Shown in pieces: positions 33,572 through 44,217 of a DNA stretch of 64,000 nt. How positions within the stretch are numbered: position 1 is the stretch's first letter; every line of letters begins with the position of its first letter. The stretch lies in contig CAIUOP010000088.1 of assembly GCA_903900805.1 (NCBI GenBank), forward strand, positions 20,411 through 84,410. Direction: 5' to 3'. The DNA is from an uncultured beta proteobacterium (GTDB lineage Bacteria > Pseudomonadota > Gammaproteobacteria > Burkholderiales > Burkholderiaceae). Position numbers and translations under genes: made by a program. The notes below the pieces were generated by a model. The model was not told the origin of the DNA. It saw nothing but the letters and a program-made list of their open reading frames with translations, and did not search any database.

Positions 33572-34339
33572 ATGAAACAAATATTAGTTGGCTTTCATGC
33601 GGTCCAAGCGCGTTTACGTGTTGACCCTGAGAGCCTAAAAGCAGTGTACTTTGATCCAGGTCGTCGTGATAGACGTATGGGTGATTTTTTAAAGCAGGCC
33701 GAAGAGGTTTTAGGTGAGCGCTTGCATGCCGCTGATTCTGAACGCTTGCAAAAACTCACTGGCCATGATCGTCACCAAGGGGTCGTAGCCTTAGCTGAAA
33801 AAATGACGATTGCTCGCACCATCACTGAGGTGGTTGAAGATGCTGAGAGTGCGCAGAAGAAACCCTTATTTCTTGTTTTAGATGGCGTTACTGATCCCCA
33901 TAACTTTGGCGCCTGCTTACGTGTTGCTGATGGTGCAGGAGTTGATGCGGTAGTGATTCCAAAAGATCGCTCTGCATCTATTAATGCAACTGTGAGTAAG
34001 GTATCGAGCGGTGCATCTGAGGTGATGCCAGTGATTACCGTAACTAATCTCGTGCGCAGCATGAAAGAGATGCAAGAGGCAGGCGTGTGGTTAATCGGTA
34101 CCGATGATGAAGCTGAAAAATCCATCTATGACCTTGATCTCACTGGCCCCATTGCAATTGTGATGGGCGCCGAGGGTGAGGGAATGCGACGCCTCACAAA
34201 AGAAACCTGTGATGAGCTCGTACGCATCCCAATGCAGGGTGTAGTCGAAAGTTTGAATGTTTCTGTTGCAAGTGGCGTATGCTTGTATGAGGCATTAAGA
34301 CAGCGCCTAGCGAAAGCAACTAACCAAGCTGCCAAGTAA
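33572..34339 (+). CDS. rlmB: 23S rRNA (guanosine-2'-O)-methyltransferase RlmB (SpoU/TrmH family)
   Basis: SpoU motifs (LDGVTDPHNFGACLR, IVMGAEGEGMR, IPMQGVVESLNVSVA). The position immediately after rnr matches many proteobacteria. Confidence 0.88.
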   Translation: MKQILVGFHAVQARLRVDPESLKAVYFDPGRRDRRMGDFLKQAEEVLGERLHAADSERLQKLTGHDRHQGVVALAEKMTIARTITEVVEDAESAQKKPLFLVLDGVTDPHNFGACLRVADGAGVDAVVIPKDRSASINATVSKVSSGASEVMPVITVTNLVRSMKEMQEAGVWLIGTDDEAEKSIYDLDLTGPIAIVMGAEGEGMRRLTKETCDELVRIPMQGVVESLNVSVASGVCLYEALRQRLAKATNQAAK

Positions 34340-34358
34340 GTTTACTGAAAGGCCTTAT

Positions 34359-34541
34359 ATGAAATGCAATATTGGTCACACTGATCGTATTCTTCGCATG
34401 ACTATTGGAGTTACTCTCATCGGTTTAGCAGCCTTTGGGATTACTGGACCGTGGGCATGGATTGGTATTATTCCTCTAGCAACTGGAGTGTTTGGCAATT
34501 GTGCAGTCTATAGCATGCTAGGTATTAATACCTCCAAATAG
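34359..34541 (+). CDS. Small DUF2892/YgaP-C-like membrane protein (60 aa)
   Basis: MKCNIGHTDRILRMTIGV...GNCAVYSMLGINT matches the pattern I associate with DUF2892 (two TM helices). Confidence 0.65.
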   Translation: MKCNIGHTDRILRMTIGVTLIGLAAFGITGPWAWIGIIPLATGVFGNCAVYSMLGINTSK

Positions 34542-34564
34542 TAGCAAGCATGTAGCAAGAAGCT

Positions 34565-35530
34565 TTATTTAGCGAGTAAGGCTTCTAGTTTTTCTGTATC
34601 AATACAAAAATTACGAATTCCTTCGGACAACTTCTCTGTAGCCATCGCATCATGATTCAATTGCAGGCGAAAACTAGACTCATCAAGCTTTAATGGGGCG
34701 ATAGTTTCGCTATGAGTATTGCTTGCATCGAGTTTTTTAATTACTACGCTAGTGCCGCTTCGCAACTCAGCTAATAGCTCTGGACTAATCGTCAATAAAT
34801 CACAGCCTGCTAACTCCAGAATCTGGCTGGTATTGCGAAAGCTCGCACCCATGATCTCTGTGGAGATAGCAAAGTACTTGTAATAGGCAAATATTTTCTT
34901 TACTGAAGTGACGCCAGGATCGTTTGCACCACCATGGCTAGCATCATTCCAATTGGCACCCAGCTTTACTTTATTCCAATCAGTAATGCGACCCACAAAT
35001 GGAGAAATTAATCTTGCGTTTGCAGCGCCACAAGCAGCAGCTTGCACTAATGAAAAGAGGAGAGTCATATTGCAATGGATGCCGTTAGCTTCTAGTTCTT
35101 TTGCGGCAGCGATACCTTCCCAAGTACCTGCAAGTTTAATTAAGATACGTTTACGATCAATGCCCTGTGATTCATACAAGGAGATCAGGTGCTTGGCTTT
35201 GCTAACAGTCGCTTTAGTATCAAAAGAAAGCCTTGCATCTACCTCGGTAGAAACGCGACCTGGAATGATTTTGAGAATCTCCAAGCCAAATGCCACCAGA
35301 ATGTAATCTACCAAATCTGTGGGGCTCATGCCGGGATGGGCATCCTTAACCGATTGCACTAGGGCTTGATAATTACTTTGCTGAGCAGCTTTAAGAATGA
35401 GCGATGGATTTGTCGTCGCATCCTGCGGTTGAAACTCTTGCATGCGCTCAAAGTCGCCTGTATCGGCAACAACCGTGGTGAGCTTTTTGAGCTGCTCTAG
35501 TTGGTTTGGGGCTAAAGAGGTGCTATTCAT
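34565..35530 (-). CDS. tal: Transaldolase B
   Basis: [10 protein letters not shown], the active-site Lys region [11 protein letters not shown] and [12 protein letters not shown]. Confidence 0.93.
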   Translation of the reverse strand: MNSTSLAPNQLEQLKKLTTVVADTGDFERMQEFQPQDATTNPSLILKAAQQSNYQALVQSVKDAHPGMSPTDLVDYILVAFGLEILKIIPGRVSTEVDARLSFDTKATVSKAKHLISLYESQGIDRKRILIKLAGTWEGIAAAKELEANGIHCNMTLLFSLVQAAACGAANARLISPFVGRITDWNKVKLGANWNDASHGGANDPGVTSVKKIFAYYKYFAISTEIMGASFRNTSQILELAGCDLLTISPELLAELRSGTSVVIKKLDASNTHSETIAPLKLDESSFRLQLNHDAMATEKLSEGIRNFCIDTEKLEALLAK

Positions 35531-35633
35531 GGCTAGATTGATCTAAATAAGGGGTCAGCATCAATGGTTCTTCTGAATATCATATGATAGATGTATTAAT
35601 TACTTAGTTCCAATAAAGGCATTTGGTGGGCAT

Positions 35634-36344
35634 ATGAACCAAGATCAACTCAAACAAATGGTAGGCGAGGCAGCGCGAGATGAAGTCTTAAAGCTGCCAG
35701 CAGGGCAAATTTTAGGGGTTGGTACAGGCTCAACCGCTAACTGCTTTATTGATGCCTTGGCACCGTATAAAGATCATTTTTCTGGAACAGTATCGAGTTC
35801 AAACGCGACTACAGAGCGCTTACTAAAACACGGCTTTCAGGTTCTTGATCCCAATGACGTCATTAGCTTACCCGCATATGTAGATGGTGCCGATGAGATC
35901 GATCCAGCAGGTCACATGATTAAAGGTGGTGGTGGGGCGCTCACCCGTGAAAAAATTATTGCATCGATGGCAAAGCAATTTATCTGTATTTGCGATTCAT
36001 CCAAGCAAGTTCCAGTTCTGGGTAACTTTGCGCTTCCAGTAGAAATTATCCCTTTAGCAAAAGGTGCAGTGAGTAGAGAATTAGAAAAGTTTGGCGGTAA
36101 GGTTACGCTACGCTTGGCTAAAAATACCCGTGCAGATTTAAATCAAACTCCAAGCGAGCCTTTTGTGACTGATAACGGCGGGTGGATTTTGGATGTAGCG
36201 GGTTTAAAGATTGCTGACCCTATTCAGATGGAAGCACAAATCAATCAAATTGCTGGCGTGATTACGGTGGGGCTATTTGCTAAAGAAAAAGCAAACATCT
36301 TGCTCGTTAGCAATGCTGCTGGCGTAGAAAGAATCGTCCTCTAA
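35634..36344 (+). CDS. rpiA: Ribose-5-phosphate isomerase A
   Basis: GVGTGSTA, VDGADEID and KGGGGALTREK motifs. Confidence 0.93.
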   Translation: MNQDQLKQMVGEAARDEVLKLPAGQILGVGTGSTANCFIDALAPYKDHFSGTVSSSNATTERLLKHGFQVLDPNDVISLPAYVDGADEIDPAGHMIKGGGGALTREKIIASMAKQFICICDSSKQVPVLGNFALPVEIIPLAKGAVSRELEKFGGKVTLRLAKNTRADLNQTPSEPFVTDNGGWILDVAGLKIADPIQMEAQINQIAGVITVGLFAKEKANILLVSNAAGVERIVL

Positions 36345-36380
36345 AATAAAAAACCCGACGGGGCTTCCCCATCGGGTTGT
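36343..36380. terminator. Strong hairpin terminator (best on the minus strand; also follows the rpiA stop)
   Basis: Stem cccgacgggg (36354-36363) / ccccatcggg (36367-36376) with one mismatch. On the minus strand it is followed by TTTTTTATTTT, and on the plus strand by ttgtttg. Confidence 0.7.
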
Positions 36381-36505
36381 TTGCCATGGATTGCATGGCG
36401 CAGGCGCTCGGAAGGTATTTAGTTCCTTAGCCTATGAGCATATAGATATGCTCATTCTGAAGTGGCTTTCGCCAATGTAGCGGGGCACTATATCTGCCTC
36501 ACTAC
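36348..36505 (-). ncRNA. Candidate structured small RNA (about 160 nt, unknown family)
   Basis: This is a gene-free 260-nt gap with no ORF of 60 aa or more. Minus-strand promoter-like TTGACA-17nt-TAGGAT is followed by five consecutive hairpins, including a TGGC-GAAA-GCCA tetraloop, a 9-10 bp perfect ATGAGCATA/TATGCTCAT stem and GCCATG/CATGGC. The region ends with the terminator at 36343-36380. Confidence 0.4.
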
Positions 36506-36511
36506 GATTAC

Positions 36512-36540
36512 ATCCTATGCCTGAGTAATGAGAGTGTCAA
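36512..36540 (-). promoter_or_regulatory. Sigma70-like promoter for the candidate sRNA
   Basis: On the minus strand, TTGACA lies at 36540-36535, followed by a 17-nt spacer and TAGGAT at 36517-36512. Confidence 0.4.
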
Positions 36541-36603
36541 CCGTTGGGAACAAGTTTTAGGTATTTATTGATGCTGTGCTGCAATACCCAACAAAGCCAG
36601 TTT

Positions 36604-36876
36604 TTATTCTGCTGGCGGAGTGTAACCCTCTGCCATATCTGCGCCACCTTCAAAGAAGTACTTCTCAACCTGCTTTAGAAGGTATTGGCGAGCGCGGGGG
36701 TCAGCCATATTGAGACGGTTTTCATTAATGAGCATGGTTTGATGCTTTAACCATGCAGCCCAAGCCTCTTTAGATACTTGATTCCAAATCTTTTTGCCCA
36801 GATCACCAGGAAGTGGAGCGAAATCCATTCCTTCAGCCTCTTTATTGAGTTTGATGCATTGAACCATACGTGCCAT
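36604..36876 (-). CDS. yggX: Fe(2+)-trafficking / oxidative-damage protection protein YggX
   Basis: 90 aa. [10 protein letters not shown]...[20 protein letters not shown]...ARQYL matches the YggX family. Confidence 0.88.
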   Translation of the reverse strand: MARMVQCIKLNKEAEGMDFAPLPGDLGKKIWNQVSKEAWAAWLKHQTMLINENRLNMADPRARQYLLKQVEKYFFEGGADMAEGYTPPAE

Positions 36877-36899
36877 CTGTAATACCTTTCTTGTTTTTC

Positions 36900-38264
36900 T
36901 TATAGATCTTTAGTTAAAACCATGGACTTACGGTCCCAGTTATAAATTTGTTTTCTTTCTTCAGGCAAGTCTTCTACCGTTGCCCGCTTAAAGCCGCGCT
37001 TTAAGAACCAATGCTCTGTCCTGGTAGTCAGAACGAATAATTTCTTGATACCTTCTTGCTTGGCGCGCATTTCAACACGTTTGAGCAGGCGCTCGCCATC
37101 GCCTGAGCCTTGCACATCGGGGTCTACAGCTAAACAGGCAAGTTCACCAACGCCGTTAGGGAAAGGAAAGAGGGCAGCGCAACCAAAAAGAACACGGTCA
37201 TGCTCAATGACGGAGAAGCGCTGGATATCACGCTCAATCACATCTTGCCCCCGAGCTGCCAAGATCCCTTCATCTTCAAGTGGCATCGTTAGTTGCAAAA
37301 TACCACCGACATCATCTTGATTGGCTTCGCGCAGGTTCTCAATATCAGAAGAAGCGAGCATCATGCCAATACCATCGTGGGTAAAGAGTTCTTCAAGTAA
37401 GGCGCCATCTTGATTACATGGTAAGAAGTGAACACGACTTACGCCAGATTTAATTGCTCTGCCAGCGATATTGAGCAAACTCTTCATGCCAATATCGATA
37501 TTCTTACTCTCAACCATATAGTCTTGGAGCTGAGGTAGAGATAGCTCAGTAATCAGATCACCTTCTGCATCATGAAGACCCTCGTAAGGGCTTAAGAAAA
37601 TCAACTTATCGGCTTTTAGTGCAGCAGCAGTAGAAGCGGCTACATCTTCATAGGCCAGATTGAATGCTTGACCAGTAGGTGAGAAGCCTAAAGGGGAGAG
37701 CAAAACAATTTTGTTGCTATCTAAAGAGAGCCTAATAGATGCGGAGTCTACTTTACGAACTAAGCCGGTATGGATGTAATCAGTACCCTCAACAACACCT
37801 ATTGGCATGGCGGTAATAAAGTTTCCGGAGATCACAGAAATACGTGATCCTGCCATCGGAGTGTTAGGTAAGCCACGACTAAAGGCGGCTTCGATATCAA
37901 GACGCAATTCACCGGCAGCCTCTTTAACGCACTCTAGTGCAGCAGCATCGGTAATCCGGTAGCTTTGCATCGCAGTTTTACCAAACTTACTCTTAATCTT
38001 CCGTAAGGTCAGTTGCTCTTCAATCTGCGGACGAATGCCGTGGACTAAAACAATGCGCATGCCCATGGCATGCAACATAGCGATGTCTTCAATCAGATTC
38101 TCAAGACCAATTTCCTGAACAAGCTCACCAGCAAAAGCAATCACAAAGGTTTTTTCACGGAAGCTATGAATGTAGGGCGCAACGTCGCGCAACCACCCTA
38201 CAAAGGGGAAGTTGGGGGTAGATTCTTCGGCACTTGAGGCCTGATTCGGTGCATTTGTTGGCAT
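36900..38264 (-). CDS. argA: Amino-acid N-acetyltransferase (N-acetylglutamate synthase)
   Basis: Amino-acid kinase fold N-domain ([29 protein letters not shown]) plus a C-terminal GNAT domain. I prefer the Met at 38264 (MPTNAP...) over the extended ORF start at 38351, which overlaps hrpA. Confidence 0.9.
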   Translation of the reverse strand: MPTNAPNQASSAEESTPNFPFVGWLRDVAPYIHSFREKTFVIAFAGELVQEIGLENLIEDIAMLHAMGMRIVLVHGIRPQIEEQLTLRKIKSKFGKTAMQSYRITDAAALECVKEAAGELRLDIEAAFSRGLPNTPMAGSRISVISGNFITAMPIGVVEGTDYIHTGLVRKVDSASIRLSLDSNKIVLLSPLGFSPTGQAFNLAYEDVAASTAAALKADKLIFLSPYEGLHDAEGDLITELSLPQLQDYMVESKNIDIGMKSLLNIAGRAIKSGVSRVHFLPCNQDGALLEELFTHDGIGMMLASSDIENLREANQDDVGGILQLTMPLEDEGILAARGQDVIERDIQRFSVIEHDRVLFGCAALFPFPNGVGELACLAVDPDVQGSGDGERLLKRVEMRAKQEGIKKLFVLTTRTEHWFLKRGFKRATVEDLPEERKQIYNWDRKSMVLTKDL

Positions 38265-38317
38265 AGTGAGAAAATTATAGGGTGCAAGAGCCCATAAACC
38301 AACAAAAACCCAAAGCA

Positions 38318-41300
38318 ATGCCAAAGCCTGTGCCTGCTTCCAACACCTCACGCAGGCTAGAGATCCGTTTTCCGGAAGAATTGCCTGTCTCTGGTCAAAG
38401 GCAAATCATCAAGGATGCCTTGCAGAACCACCAGGTAGTGATTGTTTGTGGAGAGACAGGCTCCGGTAAGACTACCCAGTTACCCAAGATCTGCTTGGAC
38501 CTTGGTAGAGGGACCATCAACGGCGGTAAGCTGATTGGCCATACCCAACCTCGTCGGATAGCAGCTACTGCCACAGCCAAGCGAATTGCCCAAGAGCTAG
38601 GCTCGCCGATTGGTCAGGATGTTGGCTATCAAGTTCGCTTCGCAGATAAAACTAGTCAAACCGCCTCGATCAAGCTGATGACCGATGGCATCTTGTTGGC
38701 GGAGACCCAACGTGATCCTCAGCTCAAAGCCTATGACACACTCATCATCGATGAGGCGCACGAACGTAGTCTGAATATTGATTTTTTATTAGGCTATCTA
38801 AGACAGCTACTGCCTAAGAGGCCTGATCTCAAGCTCATCATCACTTCAGCCACAATTGACGCCCAGCGTTTTGCAGAGCACTTCACAGTCAACGGTAAAG
38901 TCGCCCCAGTCATTGAAGTCAGTGGGCGTCTCTTTCCAGTAGAGCAGCGGTACTCTCCGCTGGAGCCAGACTCGAAGCCCGATGGCAAAAAAGAATCCAA
39001 GGCCGCCAAAGAAATTCCGGAAACAGTTACAGAAGAAATCGCCAACGTTTGGCGTGAGGGCGCATCGGGCGCTGGGGATGTATTGGTATTTTTACCAGGT
39101 GAGCGTGAGATTCGGGATTGCGCAGAAGCGCTGCGTAAGGATCATGTATTACAACAACGCTTTCACCCAGAAATTCTCAGCCTGTTTGCCCGCCAATCCG
39201 TTGCCGAGCAAGAAAAAGTCTTTAGCCCAGGCAATGGTCGCCGCATTATTCTGACAACGAACGTTGCCGAGACGTCTTTAACGGTCCCCAATATTCGCTA
39301 TGTGATTGATAGTGGTTTGGCTAGGGTAAAGCGCTACTCTTATCGCAATAAGGTAGAGCAATTACAGATTGAGCCCATTTCACAAGCAGCTGCAAACCAA
39401 AGGGCAGGGCGTTGTGGCCGTGTATCAGATGGTATTTGCATCCGCTTATATAGCGAGCTCGATTATCAAAGCCGCCCCAAATTTACTGATCCAGAAATTC
39501 TCCGTAGTTCATTAGCAGCAGTGTTGTTGCGTATGAGCTCGCTGCACTTACCAAAGATTCAGCATTTCCCATTTATTGACAAGCCGCTTGGCAGAGCAAT
39601 TACAGATGGTGTGCAATTACTAGATGAGTTAGGTGCAATTGAGTTTGATGAATCCGGTACCACCGATGCTACTGATGGCAAAGATATTAACAATAGCTTT
39701 AAGCTCACAGCAATTGGTAAGCAGTTAGCTGACTTACCGCTTGATCCACGGATTGGCAGAATGTTGTTGGCAGCTAAAGAGCAGAATGCTCTAAAGGAAG
39801 TCACCATTATTGCTACGGCTTTGGCAACCCAAGATCCTCGTGAGCGACCTATGGATCAAGGCGCTGCGGCTGACCAAGCACATCTCCAGTTTGCAGACGA
39901 GCGCTCTGAGTTTCTCAGTTTTGTAAAGCTCTGGAATTGGTATCAAGATGCCTTACAACATAAGCATAGCAATCGCCAATTAGAAAATTTGTGTAGAAGT
40001 AAATTCTTATCCCCACGTCGCTTACGTGAGTGGCGAGATGTGTATATTCAATTGCACAGTATGCTGAGTGAAAAGGGCTGGAAAGAAAATGGACTCGCCG
40101 CGAGTTATGAGCAAGTCCATTTATCTTTGCTGACAGGTCTGCTAGGTTATGTGGCTAAAAAAGAGGAAGATGAAAAGTCTCAAGACCGCAATAGCAAGAC
40201 CGGTGGCTATATCGGTGCCCGGGGTATTCGGCCATTTATCTGGCCAGGCTCAACGATTGGTAAAAAGGCGGGTGCCTGGATTTTGGCAGGGGAGCTACAA
40301 GAAACCACTCGGATGTATGCCCGTACGATCGCCAAGATTGAACCCCAGTGGGTGGAGAAGGTTGCTGCACATCGCCTCATTACATCCTTAAGTGACCCCT
40401 TTTGGGACCATCGTCAAGGCGAGGTCATGGCATTTGAACGTGGCACCTTATATGGCCTGCCTATCTATCATGGTCGACGAGTGCGCTATGAACCTCATGA
40501 TCCCGAGGAAGCCAGAAATTTATTTATTAGCCAAGCCTTAGTTCAAGAAGAAATTTTTGGACGGATGGATACGCCTGCTCTCTATCGTGAGACCGAGGCT
40601 GATGCCAAGAAAAAATATCCTGGGCTGTTTGGGTTCTTCTGGCATAACTGTCGCCTCATTAAAGAAATCGAAGCGCTGGAGCATCGCTCACGTCGACCTG
40701 ATGTCTTGGTAGATGATGATTTACTTTTTGCTTTCTACGAATCACGTATTCCGAAAGAGGTCTGTAATCGTGAAGGACTCAAAGCCTGGTTTAAGAAAGA
40801 ACCTAACCTAGATAGTCAGCTACGACTTGAAAAAGCAGACTTGATGCGTCATGAGGCTGCCGGTATTACGGTTGATCGTTATCCTAAAAAGATGTTGGTA
40901 GGAGGTGTGGAGCTTAGCCTCACTTATCACTTTGAGCCTGGCAGCCCCAAGGATGGTGTTACTTTAGTAGTGCCGCTGACGCAACTCAACCAAGTCGACG
41001 GCCGTCGTTGTGAATGGCTGGTACCGGGTATGTGTGAGGAGAAGACGCTATTACTACTCAAATCCTTGCCGCAAAAACTGCGCCGTCATTGTGTACCGCT
41101 ACCTGACTATGCCAAGTCATTCCTAGAGCGCAAGCTTGAAGACAAACAATTTGGAGTGGGTGACTTTTTAGATAGCTTGATGAGTGACATTCGTAAAGAG
41201 CGTGGCTTAGAGATTAAACGTACTGACTTCAGACCTGAGTCATTACCCCTGCATTCATCCATGAACTTCAGACTGATTGATGAGCATGGTCGTCAACTGG

Positions 41301-42325
41301 AGGTAGAAAGAAATCTCGCTCGCCTGCGTGCTGAGCATGGAGAAACTGCTCGGAGTGCCTTCCAAGCCATTGCCCAAGAGACTGCGCAAGTGGAGTTAGG
41401 AGTTGACTCACCTAAAGTAAGTGGTGCTTCATCTATTCAGAAGGCTCGCTCAGTTGAGCAGGGCGGCTATCGCTCCTGGGAGTTCGGGGAGTTGCCAGAA
41501 ACTCTAGAGATTCAAAAAGGGAATAAAACTTTGTTTGGTTATCCAGCGTTAGTTGACCGAGAAGACTACTGTGACTTAGAAGTCTTTGATGACCTGCTCG
41601 AAGCCAGAAAGCAACATCATCTAGGCTTACGCCGACTATTTTCTCTAGGCAATAAAGACACACTCAAAGCCCTACAAAAACAATTGCCAGGTATTCGGGA
41701 ATTAGGATTGCTCTTTATCAATATTGGTTCAGTTGAGGGATTAATCGAGCAGATTCTGAATCTGGCATTGGAGCGTGCCTTTATGAGCGAGTCACTACCA
41801 ATCAATGCGAAACAATTTACAGAGCGCTTGCAAGCTGGTAAACCCCGATTAGCTCTCATCGCACAAGAAATCTCACGTCATACTCTCAATGCATTGCAAG
41901 CCCATGCCGATCTACAGAAAAAGATGGCTAGTGCAAAAGCATCTTCACCCGCGGCCTTTGCAGATATGCAAACCCAAATGCAAGCCTTGATCTTCCCTAA
42001 TTTTGTTGCCCAAATTCCCTATGGGCAGCTTGTGCACTTGCCACGTTACTTAAAAGCGATTGCCATGCGGATTGATAAGTTGCGCTCTAATCCCAGCCGT
42101 GATGCGCAATGTCAAAAAGATTGGGAGTCAGTTGCCAGGCCTTGGCAAAAGTTGTTGCAAGGAAGTAAAGGCTCTGCCTCCTATGCTATGACCGAGGATC
42201 AAGCCCTGCAGGATTTTCGGTGGCAGCTAGAGGAGTTGAGAGTGGCTTTGTATGCCCAAGAGCTTAAAACACCAACCCCAATGTCCTTAAAACGACTTGA
42301 AAAGGTTTTACTTAGCTTGCGCTAG
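38318..42325 (+). CDS. hrpA: ATP-dependent RNA helicase HrpA (DEAH box)
   Basis: GETGSGKTTQLP, DEAHERS, TSAT and TNVAETSLT motifs, with HA2/OB domains and a long C-terminal HrpA extension. The start is ATG 38318 or GTG 38282, both uncertain. Confidence 0.9.
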   Translation: MPKPVPASNTSRRLEIRFPEELPVSGQRQIIKDALQNHQVVIVCGETGSGKTTQLPKICLDLGRGTINGGKLIGHTQPRRIAATATAKRIAQELGSPIGQDVGYQVRFADKTSQTASIKLMTDGILLAETQRDPQLKAYDTLIIDEAHERSLNIDFLLGYLRQLLPKRPDLKLIITSATIDAQRFAEHFTVNGKVAPVIEVSGRLFPVEQRYSPLEPDSKPDGKKESKAAKEIPETVTEEIANVWREGASGAGDVLVFLPGEREIRDCAEALRKDHVLQQRFHPEILSLFARQSVAEQEKVFSPGNGRRIILTTNVAETSLTVPNIRYVIDSGLARVKRYSYRNKVEQLQIEPISQAAANQRAGRCGRVSDGICIRLYSELDYQSRPKFTDPEILRSSLAAVLLRMSSLHLPKIQHFPFIDKPLGRAITDGVQLLDELGAIEFDESGTTDATDGKDINNSFKLTAIGKQLADLPLDPRIGRMLLAAKEQNALKEVTIIATALATQDPRERPMDQGAAADQAHLQFADERSEFLSFVKLWNWYQDALQHKHSNRQLENLCRSKFLSPRRLREWRDVYIQLHSMLSEKGWKENGLAASYEQVHLSLLTGLLGYVAKKEEDEKSQDRNSKTGGYIGARGIRPFIWPGSTIGKKAGAWILAGELQETTRMYARTIAKIEPQWVEKVAAHRLITSLSDPFWDHRQGEVMAFERGTLYGLPIYHGRRVRYEPHDPEEARNLFISQALVQEEIFGRMDTPALYRETEADAKKKYPGLFGFFWHNCRLIKEIEALEHRSRRPDVLVDDDLLFAFYESRIPKEVCNREGLKAWFKKEPNLDSQLRLEKADLMRHEAAGITVDRYPKKMLVGGVELSLTYHFEPGSPKDGVTLVVPLTQLNQVDGRRCEWLVPGMCEEKTLLLLKSLPQKLRRHCVPLPDYAKSFLERKLEDKQFGVGDFLDSLMSDIRKERGLEIKRTDFRPESLPLHSSMNFRLIDEHGRQLEVERNLARLRAEHGETARSAFQAIAQETAQVELGVDSPKVSGASSIQKARSVEQGGYRSWEFGELPETLEIQKGNKTLFGYPALVDREDYCDLEVFDDLLEARKQHHLGLRRLFSLGNKDTLKALQKQLPGIRELGLLFINIGSVEGLIEQILNLALERAFMSESLPINAKQFTERLQAGKPRLALIAQEISRHTLNALQAHADLQKKMASAKASSPAAFADMQTQMQALIFPNFVAQIPYGQLVHLPRYLKAIAMRIDKLRSNPSRDAQCQKDWESVARPWQKLLQGSKGSASYAMTEDQALQDFRWQLEELRVALYAQELKTPTPMSLKRLEKVLLSLR

Positions 42326-42384
42326 GTCAAATCCATCAGGCTTTAGAGGTCTTTAATCAATCCTTGATTGCTTACAATAGCGAA

Positions 42385-43416
42385 ATGCACACATTTATTA
42401 CGATTAGAGGTTTTGGCATTATTGCAACTACCTCTTTGTTGACCCTATTCTCAGTAAACCACTTTGCCATTGCGCAAACTGCTGCCACACCCAATTCTGC
42501 TGCTAATCAGCCAAAACTGGCAGTGATTCTCAATTCAGGTGAAGCATCAGTGAGTTTGATTGATATGCCAAGCCGTCAGGTGATTAAAACCATTCCTGTT
42601 GGTAAAGAGCCTCACCATCTGATGTTGACCCCAGATGAAAAAACATTATTGATTGCCAATGCTGTAGGTAATGATGTTGTTTTGATGAACCCAAGCACTG
42701 GTGAATTAACGGGCAGAATTCCAAATATTATTGATCCCTATCAGATTGGGTACTCACCTAATCACAAATGGTTTGTGGCAAATGGCAATCGTTTAGACCG
42801 AGTAGATATTTATGTTGCTAATGGCGCCGATCTAAAACTGGCTAAAACAGTGAAGTTAGCAAAGACACCAAGCCATATTGCATTTACAGCGGACAGCAAA
42901 ATTGCTTTCATCACACTGCAAGACTCCAATGAGCTTGCAGCAATTGATCTAGAAACACAAAGCGTATTGTGGGTAATTCCCACAGGCAAAGTTCCTGCTG
43001 GTTTATGGATGACTCCAGGGGATCAGCATCTATTGGTTGGCATTACTGGCGAGGATTACGTCCAGGTGATTGATTGGAAGGCGCGCAAGGAAGTAAAGCG
43101 TATCCCAACCGGCAAGGGTGCCCATAACTTCCGCCCCTTAGGCGATAAGAAACATGTATTTGTCAGTAACCGAATTGCATCCTCTATTAGTCTTATTAAT
43201 ATGCAAACCTTAGAGAAGGTGAGCGATATTACCGGCCTGCCAGCCGGCCCCGACGATATGGAAATTACCCCTGATGGTAAAACTTTGTGGGTCACCTTAC
43301 GTTTTGCTAAAAAGGTCGGCGTGATTGATATCCCTTCTATGAAATTAATGACAGTGATTCCAGTGGGCAAATCACCGCATGGTGTGTTCTTTTACCCTAG
43401 AGCTTCCTGGGAATAA
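42385..43416 (+). CDS. Secreted YVTN-type beta-propeller repeat protein (YncE-like)
   Basis: Signal peptide (…FAIA-QTAA) and repeated about 40-aa blades with the pattern V.VID..t.kv...I.vGk.Ph.l..tPDGk. ATG at 42385, with an alternative TTG at 42364. Confidence 0.7.
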   Translation: MHTFITIRGFGIIATTSLLTLFSVNHFAIAQTAATPNSAANQPKLAVILNSGEASVSLIDMPSRQVIKTIPVGKEPHHLMLTPDEKTLLIANAVGNDVVLMNPSTGELTGRIPNIIDPYQIGYSPNHKWFVANGNRLDRVDIYVANGADLKLAKTVKLAKTPSHIAFTADSKIAFITLQDSNELAAIDLETQSVLWVIPTGKVPAGLWMTPGDQHLLVGITGEDYVQVIDWKARKEVKRIPTGKGAHNFRPLGDKKHVFVSNRIASSISLINMQTLEKVSDITGLPAGPDDMEITPDGKTLWVTLRFAKKVGVIDIPSMKLMTVIPVGKSPHGVFFYPRASWE

Positions 43417-43425
43417 ATATTCACC

Positions 43426-44214
43426 ATGAGGTACAGGCAACTTATTCATCTCATAGCCGCACTAGTGCTGAGCAGCCTGACCTTTAGTGCCACCGCCCAA
43501 ACAGCTAGCTGTAATAAAACGGTTTACCTCACATTTGATACTGGCAATATGTCAGTTGCTCAAACAGTTGCTGAGATTCTCAAGCGTCAAGAGGTCAAAG
43601 CCACTTTTTTCCTATCCAATGAGAAGACTTTCCGAGGTGACTTTGCTTTGGATGATTCTTGGAAAGCCTATTGGCAAGCACGCGCTAAAGAAGGACAGCA
43701 CTTTGGTAGCCATACTTATGACCATACCTATTTTGTAAAAGACGGGCCTAAAGGCGAGGTCTTTGTGAAGGCACAGTTTGGGCCTAAAGCTGGTATGACA
43801 ATGCTCTATAACGAAGCAATGATGTGTAAGGAAATTCGCAAGGTAGATCTTCGCTTTGAAGAGTTGACAGGTCAGCCACTGCAAAAGATCTGGCGTGCTC
43901 CTGGCGGTAAAACCTCGCCAAATTTAATTCGGATGGGGGATATGTGCGGCTATCAACATTTTGGCTGGGCGCCAACCGGTTTCTTGGGTGATGAGCTGAA
44001 CTCCGATAAGTACCCAAATAGCGTGCTTTTAGAGAAAGCGAGCCGTGAGATCAAAGATGGCGATATCACCATGGCCCATCTCGGCATTTGGTCTAGAAAG
44101 GATCCTTGGGCTCCGGCGGTATTGGAGCAATTAATTATTAATCTAAAGGATCGCGGCTTTTGTTTTGGAGTGCTGCCTAAGATCCACAAAAATTCTCCAA
44201 ATCAGTCAAAATAA
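43426..44214 (+). CDS. Secreted polysaccharide deacetylase (NodB homology) family protein
   Basis: Signal peptide, NodB motif 1 variant YLTFDTGN, motif 2 GSHTYDH, and RAPGG. Confidence 0.75.
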   Translation: MRYRQLIHLIAALVLSSLTFSATAQTASCNKTVYLTFDTGNMSVAQTVAEILKRQEVKATFFLSNEKTFRGDFALDDSWKAYWQARAKEGQHFGSHTYDHTYFVKDGPKGEVFVKAQFGPKAGMTMLYNEAMMCKEIRKVDLRFEELTGQPLQKIWRAPGGKTSPNLIRMGDMCGYQHFGWAPTGFLGDELNSDKYPNSVLLEKASREIKDGDITMAHLGIWSRKDPWAPAVLEQLIINLKDRGFCFGVLPKIHKNSPNQSK

Positions 44215-44217
44215 AGC

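Noticed and set aside
35578-35589. Perfect 12-bp palindrome TATCATATGATA in the divergent tal/rpiA promoter region
   Set aside because: It could be an operator or back-to-back -10 boxes (TATGAT on both strands). It is short and AT-rich, I found no matching -35 elements, and it is expected by chance too often to call.
36348-36505. Whether the candidate sRNA is 6S RNA, SRP RNA, tmRNA or RNase P RNA
   Set aside because: It has no long closing stem pairing the 5' and 3' ends with a central bubble (6S), no SRP domain IV motif and no tRNA-like 3' end. It is too short for tmRNA or RNase P. I left it as an unknown family.
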